A stretch of DNA of 64,000 bases from a virus. The stretch lies in the IMG/VR virus record IMGVR_UViG_3300025769_000069. One strand, given 5' to 3'. Made by a program: the position numbers and the translations under genes. Of the stretch, positions 49,170-58,743 are shown one piece after another. The notes beneath the pieces were generated by a model. It did not search any database. It had not been told where the DNA came from and was given only the letters and a program-made list of their open reading frames with translations. The number at the start of each line of letters is the position of its first letter. Position 1 is the first letter of the stretch.

Positions 49170-50108
49170 ATGTCTAATTTTTTATGGGTCGAGAAGTATC
49201 GACCAAAAACTATTTCTGAAACTATCCTTCCTTCATCATTAAAACAAACGTTTCAGAATATGGTAGATGCTGGCGAATTGCAGAATATGCTTTTCGCTGG
49301 CACTGCCGGTCTTGGTAAGACTACAGTGGCTAGAGCTCTGTGCAATGAGATCGGCGCTGATTATATTGTAATCAATGGTTCTGAAGAAGGTAACATTGAT
49401 ACACTTCGCGGTAAGATAAAACAATTTGCGTCTACTGTATCATTACAAGGAGGAGTTAAAGTTGTTATTCTCGACGAAGCAGATTATCTCAATCCACAAT
49501 CAACTCAACCAGCTCTTCGTGGATTCATTGAAGAGTTTTCTAACAATTGCAGATTCATTCTCACATGTAACTTTAAAAATCGTATTATTGCTCCTTTGCA
49601 TTCTCGTTGCGGAGTATATGAATTTAATACCACAAAGAAAGATTTAGCCGATCTTGCTAGTCAGTTTTTTGCTCGTTTTAAATATATACTAGACCAGGAA
49701 GGTGTGGAATATAACAATAAGGGCATGGCAGATCTCATTCTCAAGTATGCCCCCGATTGGAGGAGGGTATTAAATGAAGGACAACGCGCCGCTGCTAGTG
49801 GTCTTCCTATTGATGGGAGCAATAGTGGGTCTATCAATAACAACTCTGTTAATGACTTAGTAATTTATCTTAAAGAAAAAAACTTTAAGAAGATGCGTCA
49901 ATGGGTTGTAAATAATATGGATGTTGAGCCACAAGCTATTATTCGTCAGTTATATGATAACATGAATGAATCTGTGGCTCCTCAATCAATTCCTCAGCTA
50001 GTATTAGTTTTGGCTGAATATCAATATAAAAATGCTTTTGTGGCAGATCATGAATTAAATATGGTAGCCATGATGACTGAAATTATGGCACAGGTGAATT
50101 TTAAATGA
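49170..50108 (+). CDS. gp44: Clamp loader large subunit gp44
   Basis: LWVEKYRP, GTAGLGKTT, ILDEAD, SRC. Confidence 0.95.
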   Translation: MSNFLWVEKYRPKTISETILPSSLKQTFQNMVDAGELQNMLFAGTAGLGKTTVARALCNEIGADYIVINGSEEGNIDTLRGKIKQFASTVSLQGGVKVVILDEADYLNPQSTQPALRGFIEEFSNNCRFILTCNFKNRIIAPLHSRCGVYEFNTTKKDLADLASQFFARFKYILDQEGVEYNNKGMADLILKYAPDWRRVLNEGQRAAASGLPIDGSNSGSINNNSVNDLVIYLKEKNFKKMRQWVVNNMDVEPQAIIRQLYDNMNESVAPQSIPQLVLVLAEYQYKNAFVADHELNMVAMMTEIMAQVNFK

Positions 50109-50689
50109 ATTGCGTAATATATGATTTTGAAACTTTTAGTGGCGTTCCTGCAACCGGGGCTGCTATTTCAATGGCAGTACTTAAGTTTGATGAGAATCGC
50201 TATGAATCTAATCCATACACATATGAAGAATTATTAGAACAAACTGATTACATTAAGTTTGACGTAAAAGAACAAGTGCATAAGTACAAACGTGTTGTTG
50301 ATATGGAAACTGTTAAATGGTGGAACTCTCAAGGTGAGTCAGCCAAGAAACTAATTAAACCATCTCCTGAAGACAGATCAATTGAAGACCTTTGGCAGTT
50401 TTTTGTAGACTATACAAAAGGTATGGATATTAAAAAAGTCTATACTCGTGGTAATGGCTTTGATCCTATTATCTTTGAAAGTATTGTACATTCGTTTGGA
50501 AAAGGTGTACCATACCCTTGGTGGACTATTCGCGATACACGTTCAATGCTAGATGGTTTATTATGGGGATCTGGTGCTGATAATAAATTTATTCCAAACG
50601 GACTAGAAGAAAAATTTATCCACCATGATCCTCGCCATGATATTGTTATGGATGTTATGCGCATGCAAACTGTAGTAGGTTGTCTATGA
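50105..50689 (+). CDS. dexA: DEDDh 3'-5' exonuclease, DexA-like
   Basis: YDFET, RGNGFD, WWTIRDTRS, HDPRHD. Confidence 0.8.
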   Translation: MNCVIYDFETFSGVPATGAAISMAVLKFDENRYESNPYTYEELLEQTDYIKFDVKEQVHKYKRVVDMETVKWWNSQGESAKKLIKPSPEDRSIEDLWQFFVDYTKGMDIKKVYTRGNGFDPIIFESIVHSFGKGVPYPWWTIRDTRSMLDGLLWGSGADNKFIPNGLEEKFIHHDPRHDIVMDVMRMQTVVGCL

Positions 50690-51066
50690 ATCACTTTGAT
50701 TATTTAAAAGCAATTAATGAAACAAAAGAAGATATTATGATAACTGAAGAATGCGAAAAAGCATATAATCCATTTATGGTAAATCGCGGTCTTAGTTACT
50801 TTTATGATACTGCAGCCATAGCTAATATGCTAAATCAATACCATCATACTGATAAAAAACTTCAATTTCACTTTCTTATAAATACGATTAGAAAACGTAG
50901 ACGATTTTCGAAATGGAATAAACCTGAGTCAGATAATGATATTGGAGCGATTAAAGAGTATTATGGCTATAGTAATAAACAAGCTAAACAAGTTCTCTCC
51001 CTGTTATCACCTGACCAAATTAAAAATATAAAAGAGAAGGTGAGTAAAGGTGGAAGAAGAAAATAA
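50686..51066 (+). CDS. gp62: Clamp loader small subunit gp62
   Basis: YNPFMVNRGLS, RKRRRFSKW, EYYGYS. Confidence 0.92.
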   Translation: MNHFDYLKAINETKEDIMITEECEKAYNPFMVNRGLSYFYDTAAIANMLNQYHHTDKKLQFHFLINTIRKRRRFSKWNKPESDNDIGAIKEYYGYSNKQAKQVLSLLSPDQIKNIKEKVSKGGRRK

Positions 51067-51460
51067 TTTAGTAGAATGGTCTCCAGATAAAATGCTGGAA
51101 ATAACCATTAATCAACCAGACGATTTTTTAAAAGTTAGAGAAACTCTTACAAGAATGGGAGTTGCTTCTCGTAAAGATAAAAAATTATTTCAATCATGCC
51201 ATATCTTACATAAACAAGGTCGATATTTTATAGTTCACTTTAAAGAGTTGTTTATGCTAGACGGAAAGAAAGCTAATTTAGAATCTAATGACATTGCTCG
51301 TAGAAATACTATTGTAACATTATTGAGCGATTGGGGATTAGTTGATATGGTTAAAAATGAAGAATTAGAAGTTGCTCCATTACGTCAAATTAAAGTAATT
51401 TCTTTCAAAGAAAAAGATCAATGGGAACTTTGTCCAAAATATAATATTGGAAATAAGTAA
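51050..51460 (+). CDS. regA: Translational repressor RegA
   Basis: DDFLKVRETLTRMG, QSCHILHKQGRYFIVHFKELF. Confidence 0.96.
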   Translation: MEEENNLVEWSPDKMLEITINQPDDFLKVRETLTRMGVASRKDKKLFQSCHILHKQGRYFIVHFKELFMLDGKKANLESNDIARRNTIVTLLSDWGLVDMVKNEELEVAPLRQIKVISFKEKDQWELCPKYNIGNK

Positions 51461-51504
51461 AAAAAATGCATAGCGGCTATGTACATTTGGCATAGCAATA
51501 ACTA

Positions 51505-51512
51505 TATAAATA
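51505..51512 (+). promoter_or_regulatory. T4-type late promoter for hsp20 cassette
   Basis: TATAAATA ~60 nt before the hsp20 start. Confidence 0.75.
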
Positions 51513-51517
51513 TTATC

Positions 51518-51574
51518 GGAGTGCGGATGGTCCGGCTCCACTTTAATCTTGCTTGACATAAGGAGATAACAATG
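51518..51574 (+). promoter_or_regulatory. ROSE-like RNA thermometer in hsp20 5'UTR
   Basis: Upstream GC hairpin plus AUCUUGCUU-GACAU-AAGGAGAU hairpin with bulged G opposite the SD. Confidence 0.7.
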
Positions 51575-52036
51575 ACAGGCTTACAAACACTATTCCCGCG
51601 TTCATCTTTTGTTGGTTTTGACCATCTATTTAATGAGCTTGAGTTTACAGCAAAACATGCTCAAGATCACTACCCACCCCACAACATTCTTAAGACCGGC
51701 GATACCGAATATCTTATCGAATTGGCTGTGGCCGGATTTAGCAAAGATGAATTAAATATTGAATTCAAGGATCGTACCTTGACAGTGACAGGGGAACACG
51801 AATCAAAAGGTCGCGAATACATTCATCGTGGTATTTCCACCAAGAAGTTCAAACGCACCTTCAGGCTGTCTGAGCACGTAAAAGTGCATGGAGCAGATCT
51901 TAAAGACGGAGTATTGTCAATTGACTTGAAATATGAAGTTCCAGAAGAAATGCGTCCTCGTAAAATCGCAATTGGTCATTACGAGGAACTAACAAATGAC
52001 ACAGACACTAAACAGCTTCTTCAAGAAGCTAATTAA
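51572..52036 (+). CDS. hsp20: Small heat shock protein Hsp20 (IbpA-like)
   Basis: FVGFDHLF, YPPHNI, IELAVAGF, YIHRGIS, ADLKDGVL, RPRKIAI. Confidence 0.95.
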   Translation: MTGLQTLFPRSSFVGFDHLFNELEFTAKHAQDHYPPHNILKTGDTEYLIELAVAGFSKDELNIEFKDRTLTVTGEHESKGREYIHRGISTKKFKRTFRLSEHVKVHGADLKDGVLSIDLKYEVPEEMRPRKIAIGHYEELTNDTDTKQLLQEAN

Positions 52037-52220
52037 CGATTATTATGTAGCTAAAGCAATTAAACAAACAGAAAATGAATTGCGTAAGCTAACTGATAAA
52101 GAATTGAACGATATTGGTATTAGCAGAAGTGAAATTTATGCTATTGCTAGACAAGATGCAGATATGAGAAGATCCCATCTCATAGCGCCTTTTAACCCTA
52201 ACCTAAGAGGATTTGTCTAA
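51996..52220 (+). CDS. DUF1127 (YjiS-like) small protein
   Basis: ELRKLTDKELNDIGISRSEI matches L..L.D..L.DIG..R..I; SD GAGGA. Confidence 0.85.
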   Translation: MTQTLNSFFKKLINDYYVAKAIKQTENELRKLTDKELNDIGISRSEIYAIARQDADMRRSHLIAPFNPNLRGFV

Positions 52221-52402
52221 TGGCTTTCTTAGTAGATACAGTTATTATCGATCATCGTTCATTTGCTCAAAAACTTTGGGTTGGTTTTCAAAACTGGTGT
52301 GAAGTTGTTGGGTATAGCAGAGCGTCATCACATCTTGCGTCTCTTGGCTATCATAAGGAAGCTAAAGAATGTATGATGCAAATCGCAAAGCTGAAACGCT
52401 AA
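52220..52402 (+). CDS. Small hypothetical protein
   Basis: Coupled to the DUF1127 stop; GYSRA...LASLGYHKEAK motif. Confidence 0.65.
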   Translation: MAFLVDTVIIDHRSFAQKLWVGFQNWCEVVGYSRASSHLASLGYHKEAKECMMQIAKLKR

Positions 52403-52470
52403 TAGAAGAATCTTAGCAAAGGGGCTGTAATGGCCCCTTCGATCACACACACATAACAGGAGGAACTATT

Positions 52471-52683
52471 ATGTTCTCAACAGACTATCTTACAAACGTA
52501 TGGATCGATGCGATCCAAAATGCAAAAACAACTTGGGTTAACACTTGGGTTAAAGATGAAGCAATGAGCAAGCCTCTACATGATTTCATCAAAACACAAA
52601 CAGAGTTTACCAAAGATGCGATGAAACAAACCACTACATTTGCAAATGCTGCGGGTGAAGCAATGGCGAAAATGGTAAAATGA
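52471..52683 (+). CDS. Small amphipathic helical protein (possibly phasin-like)
   Basis: Strong SD AGGAGG; IDAIQNAK..WV...FIKTQTEFTK amphipathic pattern; function inferred. Confidence 0.55.
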   Translation: MFSTDYLTNVWIDAIQNAKTTWVNTWVKDEAMSKPLHDFIKTQTEFTKDAMKQTTTFANAAGEAMAKMVK

Positions 52684-52898
52684 ATAAGAATCCATTTGAA
52701 ATCAGAGCTGAAATGCTTCAACTAGCAAAAGAATATATGGACAAGCAACATGAACTAAACATTCAATTTGCTAAAGACATGTATCACCAAGGCAAAATCC
52801 AATGGGAACAAGTTCAAGATTCATATAAGATGTATTCTATGAGCGATCTTATGAATAAAGCGAAAGAAATGTATAGCTTCGTTTCAGAAAAAAAATAA
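52680..52898 (+). CDS. Small conserved phage hypothetical protein
   Basis: NPFEIRAEMLQLAK...AKEMYSFV. Confidence 0.7.
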   Translation: MNKNPFEIRAEMLQLAKEYMDKQHELNIQFAKDMYHQGKIQWEQVQDSYKMYSMSDLMNKAKEMYSFVSEKK

Positions 52899-52901
52899 AT
52901 T

Positions 52902-52922
52902 AAGGGCTTCGGCCCTTTTTTT
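52902..52922 (+). terminator. UUCG-tetraloop terminator
   Basis: AAGGGC-TTCG-GCCCTT then T-run. Confidence 0.9.
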
Positions 52923-52923
52923 A

Positions 52924-52952
52924 TTTACAATATAAGCTAAATATGATAGAAT
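52924..52952 (+). promoter_or_regulatory. Sigma70-type promoter for gp43
   Basis: TTTACA-17-TAGAAT with extended -10 TG. Confidence 0.75.
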
Positions 52953-52974
52953 ATACCAAACGGAGGTATTTCAT

Positions 52975-55560
52975 TTGGAATTCTATACATCAGTATATCG
53001 TTACGGTAATTCTATTCTATATCGTGGCTATAGTGCTAACGGTAGTCCTATTCAAAATAAAATTAAATTTGTTCCTACTTTATATCGGGCATCTCAAAAT
53101 AAATCTGAAATTAAGTCTTTGTTTGGTCATAATCTAGTGCCAGTACAAAACATTAATAGTATGCGTGATGCTAAAGAATATGTTGAACAATATAAAGATG
53201 TAAGTGATGTTAGTATTTTTGGTACAACAAATTACATTCATCAGTTTATTACCGAAAAATTTCCAACCAATATTGATTTTAACGTTAAGCATATTAATGT
53301 TATAAACTTTGATATTGAGGTTGCTTCAGATGATGGCTTTCCAACGCCAGAAGAAGCGGCTTATCCAATTATTTCCATTGCACTTAAATCTAGTAAGTCG
53401 TCAGTCTATCAAGTTTGGGGACTAGATGCTTATGATCCGTCTAAGTCTGAAATTGATTTACATGGTGATCAAGTCCAGTATCACTATTGTTCTTCTGAAG
53501 AAGAATTGCTAGCAAAGTTTCTTGGTTATTGGACTAAAAATTATCCTGACGTAATTACTGGTTGGAACTCTCGTTTCTTTGATATTCCATATCTTATAAA
53601 CCGTATTACATTAATTGGTTCTGAAACAGCAGCCAGACGTCTTTCTCCTTGGAACATGGTAAATCCACGTGATGTAAAGAAAATGCAACGAATGCTTCCA
53701 GCATATGAAATTGTTGGTATCCAACAGGCAGACTATCTTGAACTATTTCAAAAGTTTGGTTACTCATATGGCCCACAAGAATCATATAAACTTGACCATA
53801 TAGGCTATGTAGTAGTTGGAGAAAAAAAGCTATCATATGAAGAACATGGTAATCTATATACGTTATATAAAGAAGACCATCAAAAGTTTATTGATTATAA
53901 CATTAAAGATGTTCAACTAGTAGATCGCATTGATCAAAAGATGGGCCTGATTTCTTTGGCTTTAACTATGGCATACAAAGGCGGTGTAAATCTTGGTGAT
54001 ACATTTGGTACTACTAATATTTGGGAATCAATTATCTATCGTCGATTATTAAGTAAAAATATTATTTGTCCAGTTGAGCAAATCAAAAAGGTTCCATATT
54101 CTATTGTTGGTGCTACAGAAACTTCTATTAGACACCCTGGCCCTAGGGCAAGAGATAAGGACCAACCCCATACTATTGCAGGCGGTTATGTAAAAGAGCC
54201 ACAAGTTGGATCTCACAACTGGGTAGTATCATTTGACCTTAATTCTCTATATCCTAATATTATTGTTCAACAAAACATTTCGCCTGAAACACTTATTAAA
54301 GATTACACTATACGCTTTCCACAAGGCGTAGATTATTATCTTTTCAACCATGATCGTACAAAGCAAGTTAGTGATACCTATGCTCTCGCCTCATCTGGTG
54401 TACCCTATGACCGGACAAAACAGGGTATTATTCCCGAATTGATTGTTGATTACTATGCTGAGCGTAAAGCCATTAAACGTCAAATGCTTGATGCGCAATC
54501 TGCATATGAGAAAACAAAAGATAAATCTCTTCTTTCTAAGATTAACCAAGCTGAAAACAATCAGATGGCCATTAAAATCTTGCTTAACTCTTTATATGGC
54601 GCTCTTGCTAATAAGTACTTTAAATATTTTGATAATGCACTGGCAGAATCTGTTACACTTACTGGCCAGACTGTTATCAAGTGGGCCGAGCAATGTATGA
54701 ACAAAGCCATGAACGATATTACAAAAGCCGATAAAGATTATATTGTTGCTATTGATACCGATTCGATCTATGTCAATATGGGTCCTCTTGTTGAAAAGTT
54801 TAAACCAAAAGATCCTGTTAAGTTTTTAGATAAAATATGTAAAGATCATTTTGAAAAAATTATGGCAAAATCATATGATGAGTTTTTCTTTATCATGAAT
54901 GGCTATACTCCTCGTATGGAAATGGCTCGAGAAGTTATTGCTGATCGTGGCATATGGACAGCAAAGAAACGCTATATTCTTAATGTGCACAATTCAGAGG
55001 GTGTACAATATGCTGAACCAAAACTCAAGATGATGGGTATTGAAGCTATTAAATCTTCAACACCCGAAGTGGTTCGTAATAAATTCAAAGAAGTCTTTAA
55101 AGTAATCATAAATAGCTCTGAATCTGAAACTCAATCTTTCATTGCTGACTTCAAACGACAATTCAATAGCTTACCGCCTGAAGATGTGGCATTTCCTCGT
55201 GGAGTATCTGAAGTTGAAAAATGGAAAGATCGTAGAACAATATATGCAAAAGGCACACCAATTCACGTAAGAGGATCACTACTATATAATAATAAGTTGA
55301 ATGATCTAAATCTTACTAAACGATATGAAACAATCAAGAATGGCGAGAAGATTAAGTTCTTATATTTAAAAAAACCAAACCCTATCAAAGAAAATGTTAT
55401 TTCATTTCCAGGGATCTTGCCTAAAGAATTTGGTGTACATCAGCATGTAGATTATGGTATAATGTTTGAGAAGACATTTATTGAGCCATTGAAACCAATC
55501 CTTGACGCTATGGATTGGACACACGAACCAATGGCTACACTGGAGGATTTCTTTGCATAA
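52975..55560 (+). CDS. gp43: Family B DNA polymerase gp43 (TTG start)
   Basis: FDIEV exo [24 protein letters not shown]; SD GGAGGT. Confidence 0.97.
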   Translation: MEFYTSVYRYGNSILYRGYSANGSPIQNKIKFVPTLYRASQNKSEIKSLFGHNLVPVQNINSMRDAKEYVEQYKDVSDVSIFGTTNYIHQFITEKFPTNIDFNVKHINVINFDIEVASDDGFPTPEEAAYPIISIALKSSKSSVYQVWGLDAYDPSKSEIDLHGDQVQYHYCSSEEELLAKFLGYWTKNYPDVITGWNSRFFDIPYLINRITLIGSETAARRLSPWNMVNPRDVKKMQRMLPAYEIVGIQQADYLELFQKFGYSYGPQESYKLDHIGYVVVGEKKLSYEEHGNLYTLYKEDHQKFIDYNIKDVQLVDRIDQKMGLISLALTMAYKGGVNLGDTFGTTNIWESIIYRRLLSKNIICPVEQIKKVPYSIVGATETSIRHPGPRARDKDQPHTIAGGYVKEPQVGSHNWVVSFDLNSLYPNIIVQQNISPETLIKDYTIRFPQGVDYYLFNHDRTKQVSDTYALASSGVPYDRTKQGIIPELIVDYYAERKAIKRQMLDAQSAYEKTKDKSLLSKINQAENNQMAIKILLNSLYGALANKYFKYFDNALAESVTLTGQTVIKWAEQCMNKAMNDITKADKDYIVAIDTDSIYVNMGPLVEKFKPKDPVKFLDKICKDHFEKIMAKSYDEFFFIMNGYTPRMEMAREVIADRGIWTAKKRYILNVHNSEGVQYAEPKLKMMGIEAIKSSTPEVVRNKFKEVFKVIINSSESETQSFIADFKRQFNSLPPEDVAFPRGVSEVEKWKDRRTIYAKGTPIHVRGSLLYNNKLNDLNLTKRYETIKNGEKIKFLYLKKPNPIKENVISFPGILPKEFGVHQHVDYGIMFEKTFIEPLKPILDAMDWTHEPMATLEDFFA

Positions 55561-56492
55561 TGTATTCTTTGACTGTATTTACTAGTAGATTTGATAATAA
55601 AACAGATAAGCGATTTGACTTTGAAACATGGGATAAGTTTTCAAGGTTTTTGTATAAACTATCTGAGCGACCATTAGGAGGTAAGACTGATGCAGAACTT
55701 ATATCACCGGCTGTTTATAACATTGGCACAACTAGGGCAAACAAGAATGTATTGGCTTGGGCAGGTTGGTGTGCTGTTGACGTTGATGATTGGACACCTG
55801 AAGGAGATCTAAATGATACCCTTATCAATAAGTTTGGTCTATGGGACTTCATTTGCTATAGTACTGCTTCTAGTTTGGAAGAACTACCCAAGTTCCGGCT
55901 TGTATTTAGACTTGATAGAAATATACACCAAGATGAAATCAAGCATTTTTGGTGGGCACTCAACACTGAACTTGACAGCATCGGAGATCGCCAAACTAAA
56001 GACCTCAGCAGAATGTATTATGTCCCTGCGAATTACAGTGGTGCTTTTAACTTTATTTTCAGCAATTCTGGTGTTCCTATTGATGTGGACGAGTTACTTG
56101 CTCGACATAGATACGATGATAAAAGAGATTCCGGAAATTTTCTCGACCGTCTCCCAGACGAATGGCGAAAGCAAATAATTGAACATCGTAAAAGCTCACT
56201 AGAAAATACAGACTATAGCTGGTCTAGTTATCATGATTGTCCATTTTGGCCAAAGAGTCTAGCATCAGATTATATGACGATAAATAAGACGGGCTGGTAT
56301 CATAAAATGTATCAAATTATGATTGCTGTTGCTGGTCGAGCTGTAGAAAAAGGTTATCCAATTACAGCTAAAGAAATTGAAGACTTATGCCGTGCTTTTG
56401 ATAATGACACTGGCCGTTGGTATGAAAATCGTGCTATTGAAAAAGAAGCAAACAATGCTTTAGAATATGTGTATAGAAATGGAGTTTTTTAA
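55560..56492 (+). CDS. AEP-superfamily primase-like protein
   Basis: WCAVDVDD, YSTASS....PKFRLVF.L.R, D..TKD.SRMYYVP; start at ATG overlapping the gp43 stop. Confidence 0.55.
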   Translation: MYSLTVFTSRFDNKTDKRFDFETWDKFSRFLYKLSERPLGGKTDAELISPAVYNIGTTRANKNVLAWAGWCAVDVDDWTPEGDLNDTLINKFGLWDFICYSTASSLEELPKFRLVFRLDRNIHQDEIKHFWWALNTELDSIGDRQTKDLSRMYYVPANYSGAFNFIFSNSGVPIDVDELLARHRYDDKRDSGNFLDRLPDEWRKQIIEHRKSSLENTDYSWSSYHDCPFWPKSLASDYMTINKTGWYHKMYQIMIAVAGRAVEKGYPITAKEIEDLCRAFDNDTGRWYENRAIEKEANNALEYVYRNGVF

Positions 56493-57070
56493 TGGAAAGC
56501 TATGTGTTAAAAAAATCTTCTTTTGTTGTGGATAATCAAAAACATATTATTCAAGCATGTGAGTTATGTAAATACTCATTAACAAATTATTTGGAAGATA
56601 ATGGAAAGTCGGATAGTACTACAAGAAACTATATGGATTATAATATCTTTTCATGGTCTTCAACTGATCAATATATGTATGATTTATTTAAAGAAATTAG
56701 AAATGAAATACGTTCTTATGTAGGAAACGACAAAAGAATGTGGTTTCAATCTTGGTTAAATTATTCTACTTATAGCGATCTTAGAACTGATCTAGGGCCT
56801 CATCAACATGATTGGGATATTCATGGTTATGTTACTATAGAACCAAAGCATACTATCACTTCATTTTATGACCAAACAGTTGATACTCCAAAATTTCAAA
56901 TAAAGAATGAAATTGGAAACATTTATATTGGTCCGGCCGGTCCAGATTATAAACATCAAGTAATAAATACGAAACCTTGGTCCGGATCAAGAATTACTAT
57001 TGCTTTTGATTGTACTTTTGATCCTAACTATATTGTAGCTAATAATAATGTACTGTTTCCACTATTGTAA
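56492..57070 (+). CDS. Putative 2OG-Fe(II) oxygenase-like (DSBH) protein
   Basis: QSWLN...HQH...GYV...HQV...RITIAFD. Confidence 0.65.
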   Translation: MESYVLKKSSFVVDNQKHIIQACELCKYSLTNYLEDNGKSDSTTRNYMDYNIFSWSSTDQYMYDLFKEIRNEIRSYVGNDKRMWFQSWLNYSTYSDLRTDLGPHQHDWDIHGYVTIEPKHTITSFYDQTVDTPKFQIKNEIGNIYIGPAGPDYKHQVINTKPWSGSRITIAFDCTFDPNYIVANNNVLFPLL

Positions 57071-57081
57071 AGGAAAAACTA

Positions 57082-57237
57082 ATGTTACCAGATGAAATGG
57101 AAGCTGAGAAGAATAGAAAGATTATCATATCTCAGGCAGAAACTATTGAAATTTTAAAACAGAATGTTCTAGATTTACAAGAGCAATTGAACAATGCATA
57201 TATTCGTATTAGAAAATTAACGGAGAATAAATTATGA
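57082..57237 (+). CDS. 51-aa coiled-coil protein (absent from ORF track)
   Basis: SD AAGGA; MLPDEMEAEKNRK...LQEQLNNAYIRIRKLTENKL; stop overlaps next ATG (ATGA). Confidence 0.7.
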   Translation: MLPDEMEAEKNRKIIISQAETIEILKQNVLDLQEQLNNAYIRIRKLTENKL

Positions 57238-57632
57238 AAGCAGGTAAAGTGTGGGGAACAACTGAATTAATTGAAGCAAATTGCGCTTTAGAATTTCATC
57301 GTATTGAAATGGAAGCAGGTGGGGTATGCTCTAAGCATATGCATCGTTATAAATGGAATGGATTCTATGTAGAGTCTGGACGTATGCTTATTCGTACATG
57401 GCAAAAAGACTATAATCTGGTAGATGTAACCGAACTTCAAATAGGTGAATATCATAAAGTAAAACCAGGTTTGTACCATCAATTTGAATGTATCGAATCA
57501 GGTGTTGCATATGAACTATATTGGGCTGAGTTTAATCATAATGATATTGTAAGAGAGACTGTAGGACATATGGGTAATATAAAACCTGAACCCAACATCC
57601 CAATAGCACCATATGATATTGGACATCAATAA
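57234..57632 (+). CDS. Cupin protein (mannose-6-phosphate isomerase/sugar isomerase-like)
   Basis: KVWG, CSKHMHRYK.NGFYVESG, VKPGLYHQF. Confidence 0.75.
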   Translation: MKAGKVWGTTELIEANCALEFHRIEMEAGGVCSKHMHRYKWNGFYVESGRMLIRTWQKDYNLVDVTELQIGEYHKVKPGLYHQFECIESGVAYELYWAEFNHNDIVRETVGHMGNIKPEPNIPIAPYDIGHQ

Positions 57633-57634
57633 CC

Positions 57635-58339
57635 ATGCATTATATTTTCGATGTAGATGGCACATTAACTCCATCTAGACAATTAATGAATAAACATTTT
57701 GAAAAGTGGTTTGAAAACTTTTCAGCACACCATAATGTGTATCTTGTAACTGGATCTGACCGTGATAAAACTTTGGCTCAAGTGGGAGATGTTATTTACA
57801 ATCTAGCTAAAACAGTATATAATTGTTCTGGTAATGATGTTTGGAAACAAGATAAAAATATTAGATCAAATTACTTTCAATTGCCAGATAATGTAAAAAA
57901 AGATCTAACAATAGAAGCGAATGATTCCAGATTTCATGCAAAGAATGGTGACCATTTTGATGAACGTCCGGGGTTAGTCAACTTTAGCGTTGTAGGAAGA
58001 AACTGTAGTCTTGAAAATAGATTTCTATATGTGCAATGGGATGAGCATAAAAATGAAAGAGAAATCATAGCTGAAAAAATGAGAGAGAAATATCCCGATC
58101 TTAATTTTCAAGTGGCAGGAGAAACTGGAATTGATATTACTCTAAAGGGTTTAGACAAATCTCAAATTTTAAAAGATTTTATCACTCACGATGGGGCTAT
58201 ATACTTCTTTGGAGATAAGATGGAATATGGCGGAAATGATTATGAACTCGGCTTGGCAGTCGCTAGATCTGGAAACCATGTCCATCAGGTTAAAGATTGG
58301 AGACATACATGGAAAATTCTAAAAGAATTATCGGCTTAA
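57635..58339 (+). CDS. HAD-IIB phosphomannomutase-like enzyme
   Basis: FDVDGTLTPSR, VTGSD, ERPGLVNFSVVGR, FFGDK...GGNDYE. Confidence 0.85.
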   Translation: MHYIFDVDGTLTPSRQLMNKHFEKWFENFSAHHNVYLVTGSDRDKTLAQVGDVIYNLAKTVYNCSGNDVWKQDKNIRSNYFQLPDNVKKDLTIEANDSRFHAKNGDHFDERPGLVNFSVVGRNCSLENRFLYVQWDEHKNEREIIAEKMREKYPDLNFQVAGETGIDITLKGLDKSQILKDFITHDGAIYFFGDKMEYGGNDYELGLAVARSGNHVHQVKDWRHTWKILKELSA

Positions 58340-58743
58340 CTGCTTCCACATTTGATTTGTTACACGCTGGCCATTGCGCAATGCTTCGTGAAGCAAAAGA
58401 TCATTGTGATTATTTGATTTGTGCTTTACAGGTAGATCCATCTATAGATAGAGCAGAAAAAAATGCACCCGTTCAAACATTGGTTGAGCGTTGGCTGCAA
58501 TTGCAAAGTGTAAAATATGTTGATGAAATTATTCCATATCAAACTGAAGAAGATTTAAAAGATATTTTACAAATGTTTGATTTAGATTTACGTATTATTG
58601 GCCAAGAATATAAGTCAATGAAATTTACTGGACGTGACATTTGTTCACAGCGCAATATTGAAATTTATTACAACAAAAGAGATCATAGATTTTCTACATC
58701 TGATCTACGTAAACGCGTTTTTGAAACGGAGAAAACAAAATGA
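58309..58743 (+). CDS. Cytidylyltransferase (TagD/glycerol-3-phosphate CT-like)
   Basis: FDLLHAGH, ER..QL..VKYVDEI, RDHRFSTS. Confidence 0.88.
   Translation: MENSKRIIGLTASTFDLLHAGHCAMLREAKDHCDYLICALQVDPSIDRAEKNAPVQTLVERWLQLQSVKYVDEIIPYQTEEDLKDILQMFDLDLRIIGQEYKSMKFTGRDICSQRNIEIYYNKRDHRFSTSDLRKRVFETEKTK

Noticed and set aside
47823-50884. Intragenic TATAAATA at 47823 (gp46) and 50877 (gp62)
   Set aside because: Could be late promoters for gp45 and regA, but cannot be told from chance matches in AT-rich coding DNA
52444-52453. CACACACACA microsatellite as a phase-variation tract
   Set aside because: Only five units; more simply an unstructured A/C-rich enhancer before a strong SD
52953-52978. 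ATACC/GGTAT hairpin over the gp43 SD as an autoregulatory operator
   Set aside because: Only 5 bp, and its 5' arm lies upstream of the likely transcription start
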